This document shows, piece by piece, positions 61,150 to 64,000 of a stretch of 64,000 nucleotides of DNA. The position numbers and the translations under genes are program-made. The notes under the pieces are model-generated. The model had not been told where the DNA came from and searched no databases. It saw only the letters and a program-made list of their open reading frames with translations. Position 1 is the stretch's first letter. Each line of letters opens with the position of its first letter. The stretch comes from Lama guanicoe (lineage: Eukaryota), in NCBI GenBank assembly GCA_013239625.1, contig MU054400.1:603146-667145 (forward strand), read 5' to 3'.

Positions 61150-62045
61150 AATGAATTGGAATTCTCTGTTTTTTGAAGAGTTTGTGAAGGATTGATGTTA
61201 ATTTTTTGAATGTTTGGTAGAATTCACCAGTGGGCCTGGCTTGGTGGGAAGATTTTTTTTTTATTACTAATTCAATCTCTACTTGTTATAGGTCTATTCA
61301 GATACTCTATTTATTCTTGAGTCCGTTTTGATAGTTTGTGTATTGCTAGGAATTTTTCCATTTCATCTAGGTGATCTGATTTGTTAGCATATACTTGTTC
61401 ATAGTATTACCTATGATCTTTTTTATTTTTGTAAGATTGGTAGTAATGTCCTCTCTTTCATTACTAATTTTAGTACTTTGAGTTTTCTCTTTTTTTGTTT
61501 TTCTTGGTCAGTCTAGCTGGTTGGTCCCCTTTGTTGTTTTTGGCTAATGAATCAACATTGTTTTGTTGATTTTTCAATATTTTTTTCTGTTTTTTTTTAT
61601 TTCATTAATTCTTCCTCTAACCATTATTATTTCTTTCCTTCTACTTGTTTTGGTTTAGTTTGCTCTTCTTTTTTCTCATTTCTTAAGGTACAAGTTTAGG
61701 CTACTGATTTCATATCTATCTTCTCTTTTTATTATTAAATACTTTTTAGAGCAGTTTTAGGTTCACAACAGAATTGAGCAGAAAGTACAGAAGTTCCCAC
61801 ATATGCCCTGTCCCCACACATGCACAACCGCCCCTACTATAGACACCCTGCACCAGAGTGTGCTTTCACTTAGTAATATACATTTAAGATTCCTCTGTGT
61901 GTTTTCCATGGCTTGGTAACTCATTTCTATTTAGTGCTGAATAATATCCCATTGTCTGGACTTCTTTTTTAATATAAATATTTACAGCTATAGATTCCCA
62001 TCTGAACACTGCTTTCCTAGTTTGTCATAAGTTTTGGTATGTTGA
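61150..62045 (-). mobile_element. Old L1 ORF2 fragment with a nested L1 3'-UTR piece
   Basis: tgtttggtagaattcaccagtg...aggaatttttccatttcatctagg; nested ttttagagcagttttaggttcacaacagaattgagc. Confidence 0.75.
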
Positions 62046-62779
62046 GTGAAGTCTGTATAGAAAAGGTATCACTGTTACTCTGATTATTTCTTTCATAATG
62101 CAAATTATTAGCTTGTAAATAAAAATTACTTGGTTTTAACCTACCCTATTAGACAATACACTTCATGAGGGCAACCATGTTTGTCTTTTTCACTATGAAC
62201 CTCCAGCACTTAAAGCACTGCCTGAAACAAAATAAGCGTTAGAATGCATGTGAACGAATGACTATTTTGTGTTCTAAGAGAAGCCTGGACCAATGAATTA
62301 CTTTACAAATGCAGATCCTTCACACGTAAATGTTGTGTTCTAGTTTGTAATGCGACAGCAAAACACGCAAACGAAATAACTCCACACACTCACTTAAAAT
62401 TTTGTGCTTTAAAATTTTTCAGTGCCTCCAAACTTCGTCCCTCATATTCAGCATCCATGCTATTTTTTATTATCACCTGCCGGTTTAAGTCCTTTATCAT
62501 TTCTAAAAAATTTTCTATCGTTTTCTGATTTGTTAAGAGCGCTTTGTATAGTAGCTTTTTATTGTTTGTTTTGCAGGCATTTTTTTTCCCCAGATTGCTT
62601 TTTTTTTTTAATCCCAGATAGCCTTTTGACTTTTTATTTTTAAGCCTACGGTTGAACTACTCTAGTAAGGAGGTGATGTCTGGGCTGACTCCAGAAAACC
62701 AGTGAAGCTGGTTGGGTGACAGGGGGAAAGGGTATCGTAGCAGGAGAACAGAGGGAGTCTCAAAAGAAAAACAATGATA

Positions 62780-63014
62780 GATCACGCAAGTCAGGGCCCC
62801 TGACAAGCACTAGCCGCCTCCTGCAGCCGGCCGCCCGGCGCGCCTGTCTGACGTCACGGACGCGCCGCAGTGTTGACTCAGGCCGCGCAACCTCGGCGGC
62901 CATCTACCAGGCGCGCAGCTGCGAATATTCTCGCGGCGCCGGAACTCCAGGGCACGTGACCGGGTGACAGGGCTCTCTGGGCTGGAGGGCGCGCTTGAGG
63001 TGTTGCGGCACAGG
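62780..63014 (+). promoter_or_regulatory. NFX1 CpG-island promoter
   Basis: CRE TGACGTCA 62849-62856, AP-1 TGACTCA 62874-62880, YY1-like GCGGCCATCT 62896-62905, E-box CACGTGAC 62953-62960; CpG-rich to about 63460. Confidence 0.8.
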
Positions 63015-63039
63015 ATGGCGGAGGCGCCTCCTGTCTCAG
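63015..63039 (+). CDS. NFX1: NFX1 first coding exon (gene continues beyond the window)
   Basis: AGGATGG start; MAEAPPVS(G) matches the NFX1 N-terminus; donor GTACTG at 63040; expected position downstream of CHMP5. Confidence 0.88.
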
Positions 63040-64000
63040 GTACTGTCCTGGCCCGCGCGGGACTGGTGCCCTCACGGGGAGCGGATATTGGGTCAATGAG
63101 GAGTCTTAGAGCTTCGTCCACTCGTATCGCGAGAGTGGCGCGTACTAGGTTTGGGGATAGTGGCTCGGAAGGGCCTAGCCACGCGCGTCGTGTGCACCGA
63201 GTTCTCAACCCTCCTCACTGGGTCGTGAAGTTCGGCCGCTGGGTTCCTAGGGAGAGTGAGTGTGTCCGGCCTTCTCCAGGGCTTATCTTGGCCTTCCTAG
63301 GGCAACGGCCGCACTGCTACCCGACAGGCAGGCGTCGGCCGGGTCACGGCCCGTGAAGGTGGCGGGCTGCCGACGCGCGGCGGGTTGCACGCTGTGCCTG
63401 AGGTATATATGCTCGTGCGTCCCTGGAGTGGCGGCGCCGGCGCTAGCCGAACAACATGGTTTCCAATCTTAGCCTGCCATGAACTCGCTTTGTGACTGAG
63501 TCTCGTTTTCCTAATCCTTGAGTGAAGAGTTTGAAAGTCAGTTACTGTGAAGATTCCCGCCGCTGCTGAACCTGTTTAACAATTATTAGCTTACTTCCCC
63601 TCCCGGAGTTGCCTCTGTGTAGAGACAGCCTCATTTGGCTGTTAGTGTAACATCCATTTCCACTTCCTTCAGGATATCCTAGATCGTTATTTTCCAAAGT
63701 CTTTGAACAGTGACCGAAGAGGAACATTTTACGTTGTCGCCTCAGTGCACACAGACGTAAATATAAAAAAGTGAACCAAAAGTTTCAGGAAGCAGTGGTT
63801 TTCCTTACTATCTGCAATACACTCTGTTACCTATTTCGTTTGGAAAAATATTTGTCACAGCCCACTACATAGTTTGATTTCGCGACCCACTCTTTCTGAA
63901 AAACAGCAGGGATATGCAGCATAAGATTTGTGAATAGTCATTAATTTGAGTCTTTCTTCTGCTGCCTACCAGCTGTTGGCACACCAAGAAGAGTATTTGT

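Noticed and set aside
62964..63356. 130-aa ORF spanning the NFX1 start
   Set aside because: Only MAEAPPVSG matches NFX1; the remainder is read-through of the donor at 63040 into a GC-rich intron.

Overview
Mammalian genomic DNA, very probably a camelid judging by about ten copies of a tRNA-Ala-derived Vic-1-like SINE. It covers the conserved SPINK4-BAG1-CHMP5-NFX1 block. I reconstructed the genes by hand with GT-AG junctions and consistent phases: SPINK4 (+, 4 coding exons, 24398-30911, 86 aa Kazal peptide), BAG1 (-, 7 exons, 44368-35481, CUG-initiated 340 aa long form and AUG-initiated 207 aa short form), CHMP5 (+, 8 exons, 44779-56842, 219 aa, head-to-head with BAG1 on one CpG island) and the first coding exon of NFX1 (+, 63015-63039). 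The first 24 kb is repeat-rich intergenic DNA. The points most worth a second look are: (1) the BAG1 start-codon set lacks two of the in-frame AUGs of human BAG1, while the out-of-frame uORF and G-tracts are kept; (2) SPINK4 has a canonical Leu-P1 Kazal loop; (3) a TSD-flanked GCSH retrocopy lies in BAG1 intron 4; (4) a ~200 bp element joins an L1-like 5' end to an L1-like 3' end; (5) there are truncated U2 and U6 retro-fragments; (6) two same-family solo LTRs in inverted orientation bracket the gene block. I see no convincing wholly new biological system, and almost all ORFs in the supplied track are spurious. Orthologue comparisons and repeat-family names come from memory, not from a search.
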